Shown: positions 1-9,681, counted from the stretch's first letter. The stretch is 32,000 nucleotides of DNA from Cylindrospermopsis raciborskii Cr2010 (GCF_003367075.2 NZ_CP065936.1:2700001-2732000); one strand, 5' to 3'. Translations and numbers: made by a program. Notes: a model not told the origin generated them from the letters alone.

Positions 1-1
1 A

Positions 2-949
2 CTCTATAGAGAAACCGCCGAAACTACCTCAACTTTGGCAGAACGCTATGGAGTGAGTAACTCCACCATTAGCCGTCTGCTTAAAGGTATTTTACCGGAA
101 GAAGACTATGAGTATCTAGTTTCCCTCAAACGCGCTGCTAGAACTCCGGAAGGTAGGGCCCTGGTAAGCTATGAACAACTACCCCTGCTGGGTCAATCCC
201 AGGAGGATGAGATTGCAGCTACCCAAACTCCCGTGGAGGAATTAGAACCTCCCAAGGTTGAGGTAACCAGAGTTGATACACCTCAGATGGAAGTGTCTAA
301 AGCTGTAATAAAGGAAATTGCAGGTGTTGTAGATATTCAAGCTATACCCATTCCTGCTCCCATCATTAGAAGAGTGAAAACACGCTCCTCTGCAACGGAC
401 AAGCCTCCTTTTCCAGTCTCTTTAGATCTGGAACCAGTTAAAAACCAAGTTACAATCCTGGAAGAGACCGATTCTCAAGCTAGTATCATTGCTAATATGT
501 TTGGTGATGATTTGCTGGAAGATTCAGAAGATTTGGATGATTTAGATGATGATTTATATGAAGATGAGGAGGATTTTGAAGAAGAGGAGTTTGAAAGACC
601 CACACCTTTTGTAACCCGACCTAGGGCTGGGGATAGCTCTGTGCAAATTTTGCCACTTTCAGTTGCGCCCCTACCAAAAACATGTTATTTAGTCATTGAC
701 CGCTGTGCAGAATTAATTACCAGACCCCTAAAAGACTTTGGTGATTTAGGCGCTATACCCATTGTGGAAACCCAACAAAAAACCCTGCCAGTGTTTGATA
801 ATCATCGAGTGGCTAAACGGTTTTCTACCAAACGCGATCGAGTGATTAGAATACCTGACAGTAAGGTGCTGCACAAGACTAGTAACCATTTGCAAGCCAA
901 GGGTATTACCCGACTATTAATTGATGGTCAGGTTTACTCTTTGACCTAA
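2..949 (+). CDS. Conserved hypothetical protein, 5'-truncated by the window edge, with an HTH-like N-terminal segment, an acidic linker and a C-terminal domain of unknown function
   Basis: The frame is open from base 2 (LYRETAETTSTLAERYGVSNSTISRLLKG), so the TTG at 35 is probably not the real start. The segment TLAERYGVSNSTISRLL looks like a helix-turn-helix. A long D/E-rich tract follows (EDSEDLDDLDDDLYEDEEDFEEEEFE). The stop is TAA at 947-949. Confidence 0.55.
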   Translation, partial: LYRETAETTSTLAERYGVSNSTISRLLKGILPEEDYEYLVSLKRAARTPEGRALVSYEQLPLLGQSQEDEIAATQTPVEELEPPKVEVTRVDTPQMEVSKAVIKEIAGVVDIQAIPIPAPIIRRVKTRSSATDKPPFPVSLDLEPVKNQVTILEETDSQASIIANMFGDDLLEDSEDLDDLDDDLYEDEEDFEEEEFERPTPFVTRPRAGDSSVQILPLSVAPLPKTCYLVIDRCAELITRPLKDFGDLGAIPIVETQQKTLPVFDNHRVAKRFSTKRDRVIRIPDSKVLHKTSNHLQAKGITRLLIDGQVYSLT

Positions 950-995
950 TGTGTACTTAAAAACACAGGTCCTGGTGGTCTTTCTCTCTCCATTA

Positions 996-1038
996 GGTAA
1001 CATGGCTTTTTCTCCCGAAAGTACTTGCCATGTTCACC
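996..1038 (+). other. Stem-loop in the ORF1-sir intergenic region
   Basis: GGTAACATGGC (996-1006) pairs with GCCATGTTCACC (1027-1038) with one bulge and a 20-nt loop. No U-tract follows, so terminator function is uncertain. Confidence 0.3.
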
Positions 1039-1288
1039 AGAGAAATGTACAATACCTTAAATGATAAATTTTGCCCTCAACAGTCAACCGAAGAGAGCGG
1101 GAGTCTCCATGAGGGGAAATAATGAAGGTTAAATGTCAAAACTTGCATGAAAATAAATAAACATTCAGTTACATTTATTGACTAAATATATGTACTTGGG
1201 GTATTAACAATCAGGAGCAATTCTGAATAATCATAACTCAATATAACTCATACCTAATTACCTTACTACCAACACCTGTGTCACTGTA

Positions 1289-3205
1289 ATGATTAACTCT
1301 GCATCTTCCTCGATTAGCGATCGCAAGCCTTCTAAAGTGGAAGGGATCAAAGAGAAAAGTAACTTTCTCAGAGAACCCCTAGCCACGGAAATCCTTGAGG
1401 ATACGACCCATTTCACCGAGGACGCCATACAAATTCTCAAGTTTCACGGTTCCTACCAACAGGATAATAGGGATAACCGCGTCAAAGGACAGGAGAAAGA
1501 CTATCAGATGATGCTGCGGACAAAAAATCCTGGTGGTTTAGTTCCGCCCCAGCTATACCTAGCCTTAGATAAATTAGCTGATGAATATGGTAACCATACA
1601 CTAAGAGCCACTACCCGTCAAGGTTTTCAAATTCATGGTGTGTTAAAAAAGAACTTGAAAACCGTAATTGGGACTATCATCGAAAATCTTGGGTCCACCT
1701 TGGGAGCTTGTGGGGATATTAACCGCAATGTGATGGCACCCCCCGCACCTTGGAAAAACCGTCCAGAATATCAATATGCTTGGGAATATGCCCAAAATGT
1801 TGCTGATTTACTGTCTCCTCAAACGGGAGCTTATTATGAAATTTGGTTAGATGGGGAAAAAGCCATCACAGCCCAGGAACACCCAGAAGTAAAAGCAGCA
1901 AGGCAAAAAAATGGCACTGGGACTATTTTTCATGACTCGGTAGAGCCCATTTATGGCACTTATTATATGCCACGTAAATTCAAAGTTTGCGTGACCGTAC
2001 CCGGTGATAATTCCGTAGATTTGTATTCCCAGGATTTAACCCTGGTAGTCATTACTAATGAGCAAGGAGAACTGGAGGGTTTTAACGTCTTTGCTGGTGG
2101 TGGTTTAGGAAGAACCCATAACAAGGAAGAAACTTTTGCTCGGTTAGCAGATGCTATTTGCTATGTAGATAAAAAAGATGTCTATGAGCTTGTGAAAGCA
2201 ATTGTTGCCACCCAAAGAGATTATGGCGATCGCACGGACAGAAGACATGCCAGGTTAAAATATCTAATACAAGACTGGGGAGTAGATAAATTCCGGGCTA
2301 AAGTAGAAGAGTATTTTGGCAACAAGGTTAAACCTTTCCAAGAGCTACCACCATTCAAATATCAAGATTTTCTGGGATGGAATGAGCAAGGGGATGGTAA
2401 TCTGTTTCTAGGGATTTCCATAGACAATGGTCGAGTGAAAGATGAGGGGAAATTTCAACTAAAAACTGCCTTACGGACCATAGTTGAACAGTTTGACCTA
2501 CCCATGCGTCTTACCCCCAACCAGAACCTAATTTTCTATGATATTGTCCCCAAAGATCGGCAAACCATTCAAGCCATTTTAGAAAGATCCGGGGTAATTA
2601 CTAATCCCCAGACCATTTCTGCCCTAACCCGCTATGCTATGGCTTGTCCAGCCTTACCCACCTGCGGTTTAGCTATTACCGAATCAGAAAGAGCAATACC
2701 TGGAATATTAGAGCGGATTCGCACCTTACTGGATAAGGTAGGTCTGCAAAAAGAACATTTTGTGGTGAGGATGACCGGTTGTCCCAATGGGTGCGCTCGT
2801 CCCTACATGGCTGAATTAGGGTTTGTAGGGAGTGCGCCAGAATCCTATCAGGTATGGTTAGGTGGTTCCCCGGATCAAACCAGATTAGCACAACCAATAA
2901 TTGAGAAATTGCACCACAATAGTATTGAGAGCTTTTTAGAACCCATCTTTGTCTTTTTCAAGAAGTCCCGTCAAGCGAAAGAGAGTTTTGGTGATTTTTG
3001 TGATAGGGTTGGTTTGGATGCCATTCGGGAATTTTCAGCTAGTTACAAGCCAGAAGAGGTAGTTAGCACTAGTAAATACCGACATCGGGTAAGTTTGCAA
3101 GATGACATTTACTTACAGCTCAAGCAAACCTCAGAGAGAGTAAATAAACCCATGACTCAGCTGGTCAATGAAGCGTTGGCTACCTATTTGGCACAGTTGG
3201 ACTAA
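1289..3205 (+). CDS. sir: Assimilatory ferredoxin-sulfite reductase (siroheme/4Fe-4S hemoprotein) with a ~55-aa C-terminal extension
   Basis: The 638-aa ORF is CysI/Sir-like along its length. It carries the siroheme-[4Fe-4S] cysteine motifs [11 protein letters not shown] and [10 protein letters not shown] and the N-terminal [15 protein letters not shown] segment typical of cyanobacterial and plant SiR. Confidence 0.9.
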   Translation: MINSASSSISDRKPSKVEGIKEKSNFLREPLATEILEDTTHFTEDAIQILKFHGSYQQDNRDNRVKGQEKDYQMMLRTKNPGGLVPPQLYLALDKLADEYGNHTLRATTRQGFQIHGVLKKNLKTVIGTIIENLGSTLGACGDINRNVMAPPAPWKNRPEYQYAWEYAQNVADLLSPQTGAYYEIWLDGEKAITAQEHPEVKAARQKNGTGTIFHDSVEPIYGTYYMPRKFKVCVTVPGDNSVDLYSQDLTLVVITNEQGELEGFNVFAGGGLGRTHNKEETFARLADAICYVDKKDVYELVKAIVATQRDYGDRTDRRHARLKYLIQDWGVDKFRAKVEEYFGNKVKPFQELPPFKYQDFLGWNEQGDGNLFLGISIDNGRVKDEGKFQLKTALRTIVEQFDLPMRLTPNQNLIFYDIVPKDRQTIQAILERSGVITNPQTISALTRYAMACPALPTCGLAITESERAIPGILERIRTLLDKVGLQKEHFVVRMTGCPNGCARPYMAELGFVGSAPESYQVWLGGSPDQTRLAQPIIEKLHHNSIESFLEPIFVFFKKSRQAKESFGDFCDRVGLDAIREFSASYKPEEVVSTSKYRHRVSLQDDIYLQLKQTSERVNKPMTQLVNEALATYLAQLD

Positions 3206-3228
3206 ACACACCTGACTAGAGCTTTAAT

Positions 3229-3249
3229 CCAGGGAATTCAATTCCCTGG
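3229..3249. terminator. Hairpin between convergent sir and the porin gene (candidate bidirectional terminator)
   Basis: CCAGGGAATT-c-AATTCCCTGG has perfect 10-nt arms and lies between the two stop codons (3203-3205 and 3266-3268). There is no clear U-tract on either strand. Confidence 0.4.
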
Positions 3250-3265
3250 ATCCCCCTATGATTGG

Positions 3266-4834
3266 TTAGAAACTAAAGGTAGTTCTCAACGCGCCAATAA
3301 TAACACTGTCATTTTGCTTGTTGTGATTTGGTGCAGTTAGCCAAATCAGACCGGGAGTGACGGTGATATTGTCATTGACTTTAAACTGATAAAAACCTTC
3401 CAAATGATAGGAAGTATCTTTGTCTTTAAGTCCGGACAAAGTGGTGCTTGCATTGGTCACTTTTGGCTGCATACCGACTATTAAACCACCCAAGTTGCCT
3501 TTTTTCCACAAATCTGGAAAGGCCAGGTTAACAGCATAGTTCCAAATATCCACATCTCCTTTTATACCCGTTAACAACTGGCTCTTGGTATATCCCGCCC
3601 AACCTTCTAAACGCAGTTTGGGGGTAACACCCAGGGATGCTTGTACTCCGTAGGAATTGCTGGAGAAATTGCCCAAGAAATTGGTTGTAGCATTATTGCT
3701 ACCCGCAGCAAGTGGCAAATTGTAGGAGTTGATGTAGGTCAGTCCCAGAGTAAGACGGTCACTTGGTTTAACAGTTAGCTGAGCTAAAGCTCCGTAGGGT
3801 CCCTCAAACAAACCCTTACCAGAAGCGGGACTAGCAGCGCTACTGCTGGGATCCATCGCTCCCCCCAAGTACCCTAGGCTCAATGTTAAATTTTTATTGA
3901 ACTCGTGGTTTATTCCCAAACCGCTAGCACCCAATTGGGAGTAAATAGGGTTACGCGTACCAAAGGTAGATAAAGCACCAAAAGCACCATCACCATTAAA
4001 GCTGGTAATAGTGGTAGTTAGGTCCTCCGCTGCACCATCGTTAGCAACAGCTATGACCTGGGTTTTATCACCTATGGGAAATTTATATGACAATGCAGTC
4101 ACGGAAAGAGCTGTACTATCTACACCACCCCCAAAGTAGAAACCTGCTTCTGTAGTTCCCACATCAGGGGTTCTAATGTTATTACTTTGAAGTCTGGTAA
4201 ATAGGGTATCTTTACCTGTAAAACTGGTAACCAGCTCCAATCTTGTCCGCGCTCCCAAGGTGGCACTCCTACCCGCTCCCGGATTTCCGTCAACCTTCCT
4301 AGCAGAAATGTCACTAACAACAGCTACTACCTGACCTTGCAATTTTGTGGTTGTGGAAAATTGGGTTGCTTCCAATCGGGTGGTTTTAGCCTCTAATGTA
4401 TCTACACGACGCTTGAAAGTTTCCAGTTCCGGACCAAACTGTTTTTGCAGTCTCTCTATATTGGCAATGTCCTGTTTAGTTACCTGATCAGCAGTAGCAC
4501 TACTAATTAGCTCATTAACACGGTCTAAACAAGCACTTAGTGCGGCGGCAAATTCAAATCTGGTCAGTGTTCGATTACCACGAAACTTGCCATCGGGATA
4601 ACCACCCACACAACCATAACGCTCAATTAATGACTGTATTGCTTGAAATGCCCAATCCCCCGGTTGCACGTCTGATAGCTGGGACACGGATGTCATCTGG
4701 GATATGTAGTTTGGCTCAGATACCTGTACAGATGATTCTGTTTTTGACACATCCTCGGCTAAAGCACTGCCACTCATAGAAATGGCATAGCCAAGTACAG
4801 AACTTGTTAGCAGATACAACAGAAATTTTTGCAT
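3266..4834 (-). CDS. Outer-membrane porin with an N-terminal SLH domain (cyanobacterial OprB / 'iron uptake porin' type)
   Basis: It has a signal peptide (MQKFLLYLLTSSVLGYAISMSGSALA) and an SLH motif (DVQPGDWAFQAIQSLIERYGCVGGYPDGKFRGNRTLTRFEFAAAL). A coiled-coil linker follows, then a G/S/T/N-rich beta-barrel-like region ending in the aromatic residues TTFSF. Confidence 0.85.
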   Translation of the reverse strand: MQKFLLYLLTSSVLGYAISMSGSALAEDVSKTESSVQVSEPNYISQMTSVSQLSDVQPGDWAFQAIQSLIERYGCVGGYPDGKFRGNRTLTRFEFAAALSACLDRVNELISSATADQVTKQDIANIERLQKQFGPELETFKRRVDTLEAKTTRLEATQFSTTTKLQGQVVAVVSDISARKVDGNPGAGRSATLGARTRLELVTSFTGKDTLFTRLQSNNIRTPDVGTTEAGFYFGGGVDSTALSVTALSYKFPIGDKTQVIAVANDGAAEDLTTTITSFNGDGAFGALSTFGTRNPIYSQLGASGLGINHEFNKNLTLSLGYLGGAMDPSSSAASPASGKGLFEGPYGALAQLTVKPSDRLTLGLTYINSYNLPLAAGSNNATTNFLGNFSSNSYGVQASLGVTPKLRLEGWAGYTKSQLLTGIKGDVDIWNYAVNLAFPDLWKKGNLGGLIVGMQPKVTNASTTLSGLKDKDTSYHLEGFYQFKVNDNITVTPGLIWLTAPNHNKQNDSVIIGALRTTFSF

Positions 4835-5054
4835 GGTTCCCTCACACCTCTTTATAACTAGGACTTTTACCCACTACCGGATAAATGCAAACACTTAGGA
4901 AAAATCCTTTCTTTCTTACCTTAACACCAAGCAAACATTTTTTTAACCTCAAGTTAACAAACCCTGATTTATTTCCCACTTAATCGTGGTTGTATTCGTA
5001 TTTCGCATAGCTACCATGAAAATCTCGTCCATGCTTATGATTTCTCATTGCCTA

Positions 5055-5082
5055 TTGACATGATAATGATAATCACTATAAT
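5055..5082 (+). promoter_or_regulatory. Sigma70-type promoter of znuABC with an embedded Fur/Zur-type operator
   Basis: TTGACA (5055-5060) and TATAAT (5077-5082) are separated by 16 bp. That spacer is filled by TGATAATGATAATCA (5061-5075). This matches a 7-1-7 palindrome TGATAAT-N-ATTATCA at 14 of 14 defined positions minus one mismatch, and it resembles the classical Fur-box core GATAATGATAATCA. Confidence 0.65.
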
Positions 5083-5124
5083 ATTTTTCTGGTGATGTTT
5101 TTTAGTATGGTTGGAGGAGAGAAC

Positions 5125-6126
5125 ATGAAAAATTTTGGCAAAACTACCAAAACTACTAAGATTACTAGAAGGATTTTAGGTTGGTCATCTTCTATCCTAT
5201 TTCTTTCTTTAATATATGGTTGTGAGCGATCGCAGGTTAATGTACCAACAGAAAAATCAACATCAACCGAATCTAGTCCAGCTACTCAAACTAAAATAGT
5301 GGCAACATTTTTACCGGTCTACCTATTCACTAAAGCTATAGTAGGGGATGTAGCCAAGGTAGACGTGTTAGTAAAGCCTGGTACTGATATTCATGAATAT
5401 CAATCTACTCCAGATAATGTCAAGGCGATCGCCACTGGGAGTATTTTGGTAAAAAACGGTCTAGGGTTGGAAGAGTTTTTAGAGGGTACAGTGAAAAATG
5501 CTAAAAACCCTAAATTAGTAGAAATTGATGCTAGTAAAGGGATTAAGGTGATGGATGATGGTTCACCGGTGGAGAAAATAAAAGGGGAGAAACATGACCA
5601 CAAACATGATCACGCCCTGGGGAATCCCCATGTATGGTTGGATCCGGTATTAGCCAAACAGCAAGTCATTAATATTAGAGATGGTTTAATTGCAGCTGAT
5701 GCGCAAAATAAACAGACCTATCAAACTAATGCAGCAGCTTATATTCAGGAACTGGATAATCTAAATAGGGAATTTGAGCAAACTCTTGGTAAAATACCTA
5801 ACTGTACTTTCATTACTTTTCACGATGCTTTTCCTTATATGGCTAAACGTTATAATCTGAAACAGGTTGCAGTAGTAGAGTTACCAGAGGACAAACTTGC
5901 ACCAGGAGATATACAAGCGGTAATTAATACGGTGAGAAAGTACAAAGTTAAAGTTTTATTTAGCGAACCAGGAATAGATAATAAACTACTTACCAGTCTT
6001 GCTCAAGATTTGAATCTGACTTTATATTCCCTCAATTCGTTAGAAACAGGAGAGAGAAATCCCCAGTATTATTTTCAAGCCATGAGAGACAACTTAAAAA
6101 GTTTAGCAACAGGATGTCAAAAATAA
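5125..6126 (+). CDS. znuA: Zinc ABC transporter substrate-binding lipoprotein (ZnuA type)
   Basis: The fold is cluster-9 SBP-like. A His/Asp-rich loop (GEKHDHKHDHALGNPH) is the usual ZnuA hallmark, as opposed to Mn-type SBPs. A lipobox-like LIYGC follows a signal sequence. I prefer ATG 5125 because GGAGG (5113-5117) lies 7 nt upstream. The track start GTG 5092 would be almost leaderless from the predicted promoter. Confidence 0.85.
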   Translation: MKNFGKTTKTTKITRRILGWSSSILFLSLIYGCERSQVNVPTEKSTSTESSPATQTKIVATFLPVYLFTKAIVGDVAKVDVLVKPGTDIHEYQSTPDNVKAIATGSILVKNGLGLEEFLEGTVKNAKNPKLVEIDASKGIKVMDDGSPVEKIKGEKHDHKHDHALGNPHVWLDPVLAKQQVINIRDGLIAADAQNKQTYQTNAAAYIQELDNLNREFEQTLGKIPNCTFITFHDAFPYMAKRYNLKQVAVVELPEDKLAPGDIQAVINTVRKYKVKVLFSEPGIDNKLLTSLAQDLNLTLYSLNSLETGERNPQYYFQAMRDNLKSLATGCQK

Positions 6127-6950
6127 TAATGACTCAAAATCCGTCAAATCAGTCAAAAATTACATTACCAATATTAAAGGTAGAGGGGTTGAACATCTAC
6201 CAGGGGAAATATTTGGCCATTAGGGATGTTTCCTTTGAATTGTTTCCGGGGACGGATACAGCTATAGTTGGACCTAACGGTGCTGGTAAAAGTACCCTGG
6301 TAAAGGGTATATTAGATTTGATTCCCCACACTGCTGGGAAAATTGAGGTTTTTGGTTTCCCCCTTTCTAGATTGGGGAATTTACGTCAATTACTGGGCTA
6401 TGTACCACAAAACTTTATCTTTGACCGTAGTTTTCCTATTTCCACAAGTGAGTTAGTAGGACTAGGTATTGGTCAATATGAATCAGTCAGTGGGAGAAAT
6501 AGCTCGTCTATTAATTCATGGTTATGTAAATTTCGACAAATCCGACAACAACAATCCACAGCTATTAAGGTAGCATTACAGCGTACAAATTCCTACCATT
6601 TAAGAAATAAGACCATTGGCACACTCAGTGGTGGTGAATTAAAAAGGGTTTTGTTGGCCTATTGTTTAGTAACTCCCCGAAAACTGCTAATTTTAGACGA
6701 AGCTTTCGCTGGGGTGGATATTCAGGGAGCAGCAGATTTTTATGCTTTGCTCAATCAGTTAAAATTAGAAGAAGGGTGGACCGTATTACAGGTTTCCCAC
6801 GATATTGACATGGTGAATCGCCATTGTGACCGCGTGCTTTGCTTAAATCAAACCTTGGTCTGTTCTGGTAAACCGGAAATTGCTCTTTCACCACAAAATC
6901 TGTTAGCAACCTATGGCCCAGGTTTCAGTCGTTATCAACATCATCATTAA
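6114..6950 (+). CDS. znuC: Metal (zinc) ABC transporter ATP-binding protein
   Basis: It carries Walker A GPNGAGKST, the signature LSGGELKRV and Walker B LILDEAFAGVD. An alternative start at ATG 6129 lies just after the znuA stop. The C-terminus is QHHH. Confidence 0.85.
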   Translation: MSKIIMTQNPSNQSKITLPILKVEGLNIYQGKYLAIRDVSFELFPGTDTAIVGPNGAGKSTLVKGILDLIPHTAGKIEVFGFPLSRLGNLRQLLGYVPQNFIFDRSFPISTSELVGLGIGQYESVSGRNSSSINSWLCKFRQIRQQQSTAIKVALQRTNSYHLRNKTIGTLSGGELKRVLLAYCLVTPRKLLILDEAFAGVDIQGAADFYALLNQLKLEEGWTVLQVSHDIDMVNRHCDRVLCLNQTLVCSGKPEIALSPQNLLATYGPGFSRYQHHH

Positions 6951-6953
6951 ATA

Positions 6954-7790
6954 ATGACTAGTCTTATTACTAATATTCACGACTTGTTTAATCTTTTGCA
7001 ATTCCCATTTATGCAACGTGCCATGATAGGCGCAGTATTAATGGGAACATTGGGGGGGTTATTGGGCAGTTTTGCCACTCTACGCCAACTATCCTTTTTT
7101 AGTCATGCGGTGGGTCATGCAGCACTGGTGGGAGTTGCTTTGGGAGTGTTATTAAATACTAATCCCCATTGGATGTTATTGCCATTTACCCTAATTTTTG
7201 GTGTCATTGTCCTCTACATAATCGACCAAACTGATTTAGCTAGTGATAGTGTGCTTAGTATAGTCTTATCAGGATCCTTAGCCATCGGTGTGATCCTCAC
7301 CACCATGATTCAGGGATATCGTGGTAACCTAATGGCGGTTCTCTTTGGGGATATTCTGGCCATTGACCATACGGATTTAATTTTAACCCTGATCATCTTA
7401 TTAATAAGTAGTATTTTTATATTATCAACTATGCGATCGCAAATTTTGTTAACACTCAATCCGGATGTGGCTAAAGTTCAAGGTGTACCGGTTGAAGTAT
7501 ATCGCTATAGTTTTGTGATTTTACTATCTTTAGCAGTTGCAGTAGCAATTAAAGCAGTAGGAGTATTACTAGTGAACGCGTTTTTAGTGATTCCCTCAGC
7601 GACAGCCAAATTAATGAGTGAGCATTTCAGTAGATTTTTAATCTTATCAGTGGTAATAGGTTGTATGAGTAGTATTATTGGCATGACAGCTTCTGGTCTA
7701 TTTAACCAAGCTTCTGGTCCAACCATAGTAATTGTGCAGTTTCTTTTGTTTGTGTTTACTTTTAGCTGGGTCAGATTGAGGAGGATATAA
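6954..7790 (+). CDS. znuB: Metal (zinc) ABC transporter permease
   Basis: This polytopic membrane protein is of the ZnuB/ABC-3 type. It starts 3 nt after the znuC stop, so it belongs to the same operon. Confidence 0.85.
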   Translation: MTSLITNIHDLFNLLQFPFMQRAMIGAVLMGTLGGLLGSFATLRQLSFFSHAVGHAALVGVALGVLLNTNPHWMLLPFTLIFGVIVLYIIDQTDLASDSVLSIVLSGSLAIGVILTTMIQGYRGNLMAVLFGDILAIDHTDLILTLIILLISSIFILSTMRSQILLTLNPDVAKVQGVPVEVYRYSFVILLSLAVAVAIKAVGVLLVNAFLVIPSATAKLMSEHFSRFLILSVVIGCMSSIIGMTASGLFNQASGPTIVIVQFLLFVFTFSWVRLRRI

Positions 7791-8007
7791 AGACAATAGT
7801 CAACCCCCTCATGAAATTAATTGCGATCGCTATTTTATGGGATTTTCGGTGCAATTACCAAAGATGGGAAAAATCCTACAGGAGATAGAAGGAAGAGCGA
7901 TCGCTCTTTAGCGAGGGGAATATCAAATATTAGTAGTGTTAGAAAGACCAGCGGGATGGTAAACTATGTGGTGTTGAAGGAAGATCGCTCGCGAATATCA
8001 AATACTA

Positions 8008-8550
8008 GTGAGTGGAATTAAATATAAGACAATGTAGGTTGGGTTGAAGTATGAAACCCAACACCCCCAACCCATCCTACAAATAATTGTGCCTCCCCAC
8101 AAGGAGTAGCGATCGCTCTTTCGCGAAGGGGGGTAATATCAAATACTAGTAGTGTTGAAACACCAGCGGGATATAGAGTTCCATTATTATTAGGTGGAGA
8201 AAACTCAACAAGCAATTTACCAAACGTGACCAAACTATATGGGGTTGTAAACTCATTTTTAATAACGCTAAAAAACGGTTACACAATTGTATTAACACCT
8301 AAATTCATATATATAAAGATAAACAATAAGAAAAAATTATATTTATAGGGGGTTAAGATAAGTTTTTTTATGGTTGAAGGGATAAAAATGTGGTATTATG
8401 AGGGTTGAGTATAATGGAGTGTGAGCATTCGCGAAAAAAGTGCACAGATTCCCATTATCAGAGTATCACGTCCAAGAGACAATAGTCAACCCCCTCATGG
8501 AGAAAAAAATCGGCGCCTAGATTCCTCACTTGAAATTAATTGTGATCGCT
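8008..8550. repeat. Long repeat, copy 1 (~540 bp)
   Basis: It aligns with 8966-9509 at an offset of 958-959 bp. I count about 40 substitutions or small indels by eye, roughly 90% identity. Confidence 0.85.
8038..8062. repeat. Conserved hairpin element, loop variant A
   Basis: GTTGGGTT-GAAGTATGA-AACCCAAC, preceded by GTGGAATTAAATATAAGA. Confidence 0.8.
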
Positions 8551-8599
8551 CCCGAATATCAAATACTAGTGAGTGGAATTAAATATAAGATCAACGTAG

Positions 8600-8624
8600 G
8601 TTGGGTTGAGGAACGAAACCCAAC
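8600..8624. repeat. Conserved hairpin element, loop variant B
   Basis: GTTGGGTT-GAGGAACGA-AACCCAAC, followed by AAACCCACAGGATATAT. Confidence 0.8.
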
Positions 8625-8660
8625 AAACCCACAGGATATATATAAACACGATTGCGAAGT

Positions 8661-8923
8661 AAGCTTATTGTTAATAACGCTAAAAAACGGTTGCACAATT
8701 GTATTAACACCTAAATTCATATATATGAGATAAGTTTTTTTATGGTCGAAGGGGTAGAAATGTGGTATTATGAGGGTTGAGTATAATGGAGTGTAAGCAT
8801 TCGCGAAAAAAGTGCACGGATTTCCATTATCAGAGTATCAGGTTCAAGGGTCAATAGTCAACTCCCCCCATGGAGAAAAAAATCGGCGCCTAGATTCCTA
8901 ACTTGAAATTAATTGCGATCGCT
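8661..8923. repeat. Partial third copy of the 3' part of the long repeat, with a ~41-bp internal deletion
   Basis: It matches 8249-8550 and 9207-9509 (TTAATAACGCTAAAAAACGGTTGCACAATTGTATTAACACC...GCGATCGCT). It lacks AAAGATAAACAATAAG...GGGGTTA, and the indel is flanked by AGATAA in the long copies. Confidence 0.8.
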
Positions 8924-8965
8924 ATTTTATGGGACTACCAAAGATGGGGAAAATCCTGTAAGTGG

Positions 8966-9509
8966 GTGAGTGGAATTAAATATAAGATCAACGTAGGTTG
9001 GGTTGAAGTATGAAACCCAACACCCCCAGCCCATTTCTACAAATAATTGTGCCTCCCTGCAAGGAATAGCGATCGCTTTTTCGTGAAGGGGAGATATCAA
9101 ATATTAGTAGTGTTGAAACACCAGCGGGATATAGAGTTCCATTATTGTTGAGTGGAGAAAACACAACAGGAAATTTACCAAACGTGACCAAACTATATGG
9201 GATTGTAAGCTCATTGTTAATAACGCTAAAAGACGGTTGCATAATTGTATTAACACCTAAATTCATATATATAAAGATAAACAATAAGAAAAAATTATAT
9301 TTATAGGGGGTTGAGATAAGTTTTTTTGTGGTCGAAGGGATAAAAATGTGGTATTATGAAGGTTGAGTATAATGGAGTGTAAGCATCTGAAAAAAAAGTG
9401 CACAGATTTCCATTATTAGAGTATCAGGTTCAAGAGACAATAGTCAACCCCCCCCATAGAGAAAAAAATCGGCGCCTAGATTCCTCACTTGAAATTAATG
9501 GCGATCGCT
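8966..9509. repeat. Long repeat, copy 2 (~540 bp)
   Basis: See copy 1 at 8008-8550. Confidence 0.85.
8997..9021. repeat. Conserved hairpin element, loop variant A
   Basis: GTTGGGTT-GAAGTATGA-AACCCAAC. Confidence 0.8.
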
Positions 9510-9656
9510 ATTTTATGAGATTTTCGGTGTAATTACTAAAGATGGGAAAAATTCTGCTACGAGATAGAAGGAATAGCGATCGCTCGCGGGAGATATGAAA
9601 TATTAGTAGTGTTGAAACACCAGCGGGATGTGGAATTAAATATAAGATTCACGTAG

Positions 9657-9681
9657 GTTGGGTTGAGGAACGAAACCCAAC
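9657..9681. repeat. Conserved hairpin element, loop variant B
   Basis: GTTGGGTT-GAGGAACGA-AACCCAAC. Confidence 0.8.

Noticed and set aside
950-1010. An NtcA-type site (TGTA-N8-TACA) near TGTACTTAAAAACACA downstream of ORF1
   Set aside because: The right half is CACA rather than TACA, and the site is not positioned about 22 bp upstream of a recognisable -10 box. The evidence is insufficient.
5092-5124. The upstream GTG/ATG starts of the znuA ORF (MMFFSMVGGEN...)
   Set aside because: The predicted TSS from the TTGACA/TATAAT promoter falls at about 5089. This leaves no leader for these codons, whereas ATG 5125 has a GGAGG at ideal spacing and begins a proper lipoprotein signal peptide.
8414-8485. 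A 23-codon sORF (MECEHSRKKCTDSHYQSITSKRQ) with GAGGG 9 nt upstream, present in all three copies of the ~300-bp block (also near 8778 and 9372), and an adjacent 12-codon sORF (MVEGIKMWYYEG)
   Set aside because: Differences between copies are mostly non-synonymous and non-conservative (E4K, S13F, T19R, S20F, R22G). The third copy has a premature stop, and one copy of the 12-codon ORF has lost its ATG. There is no sign of purifying selection.
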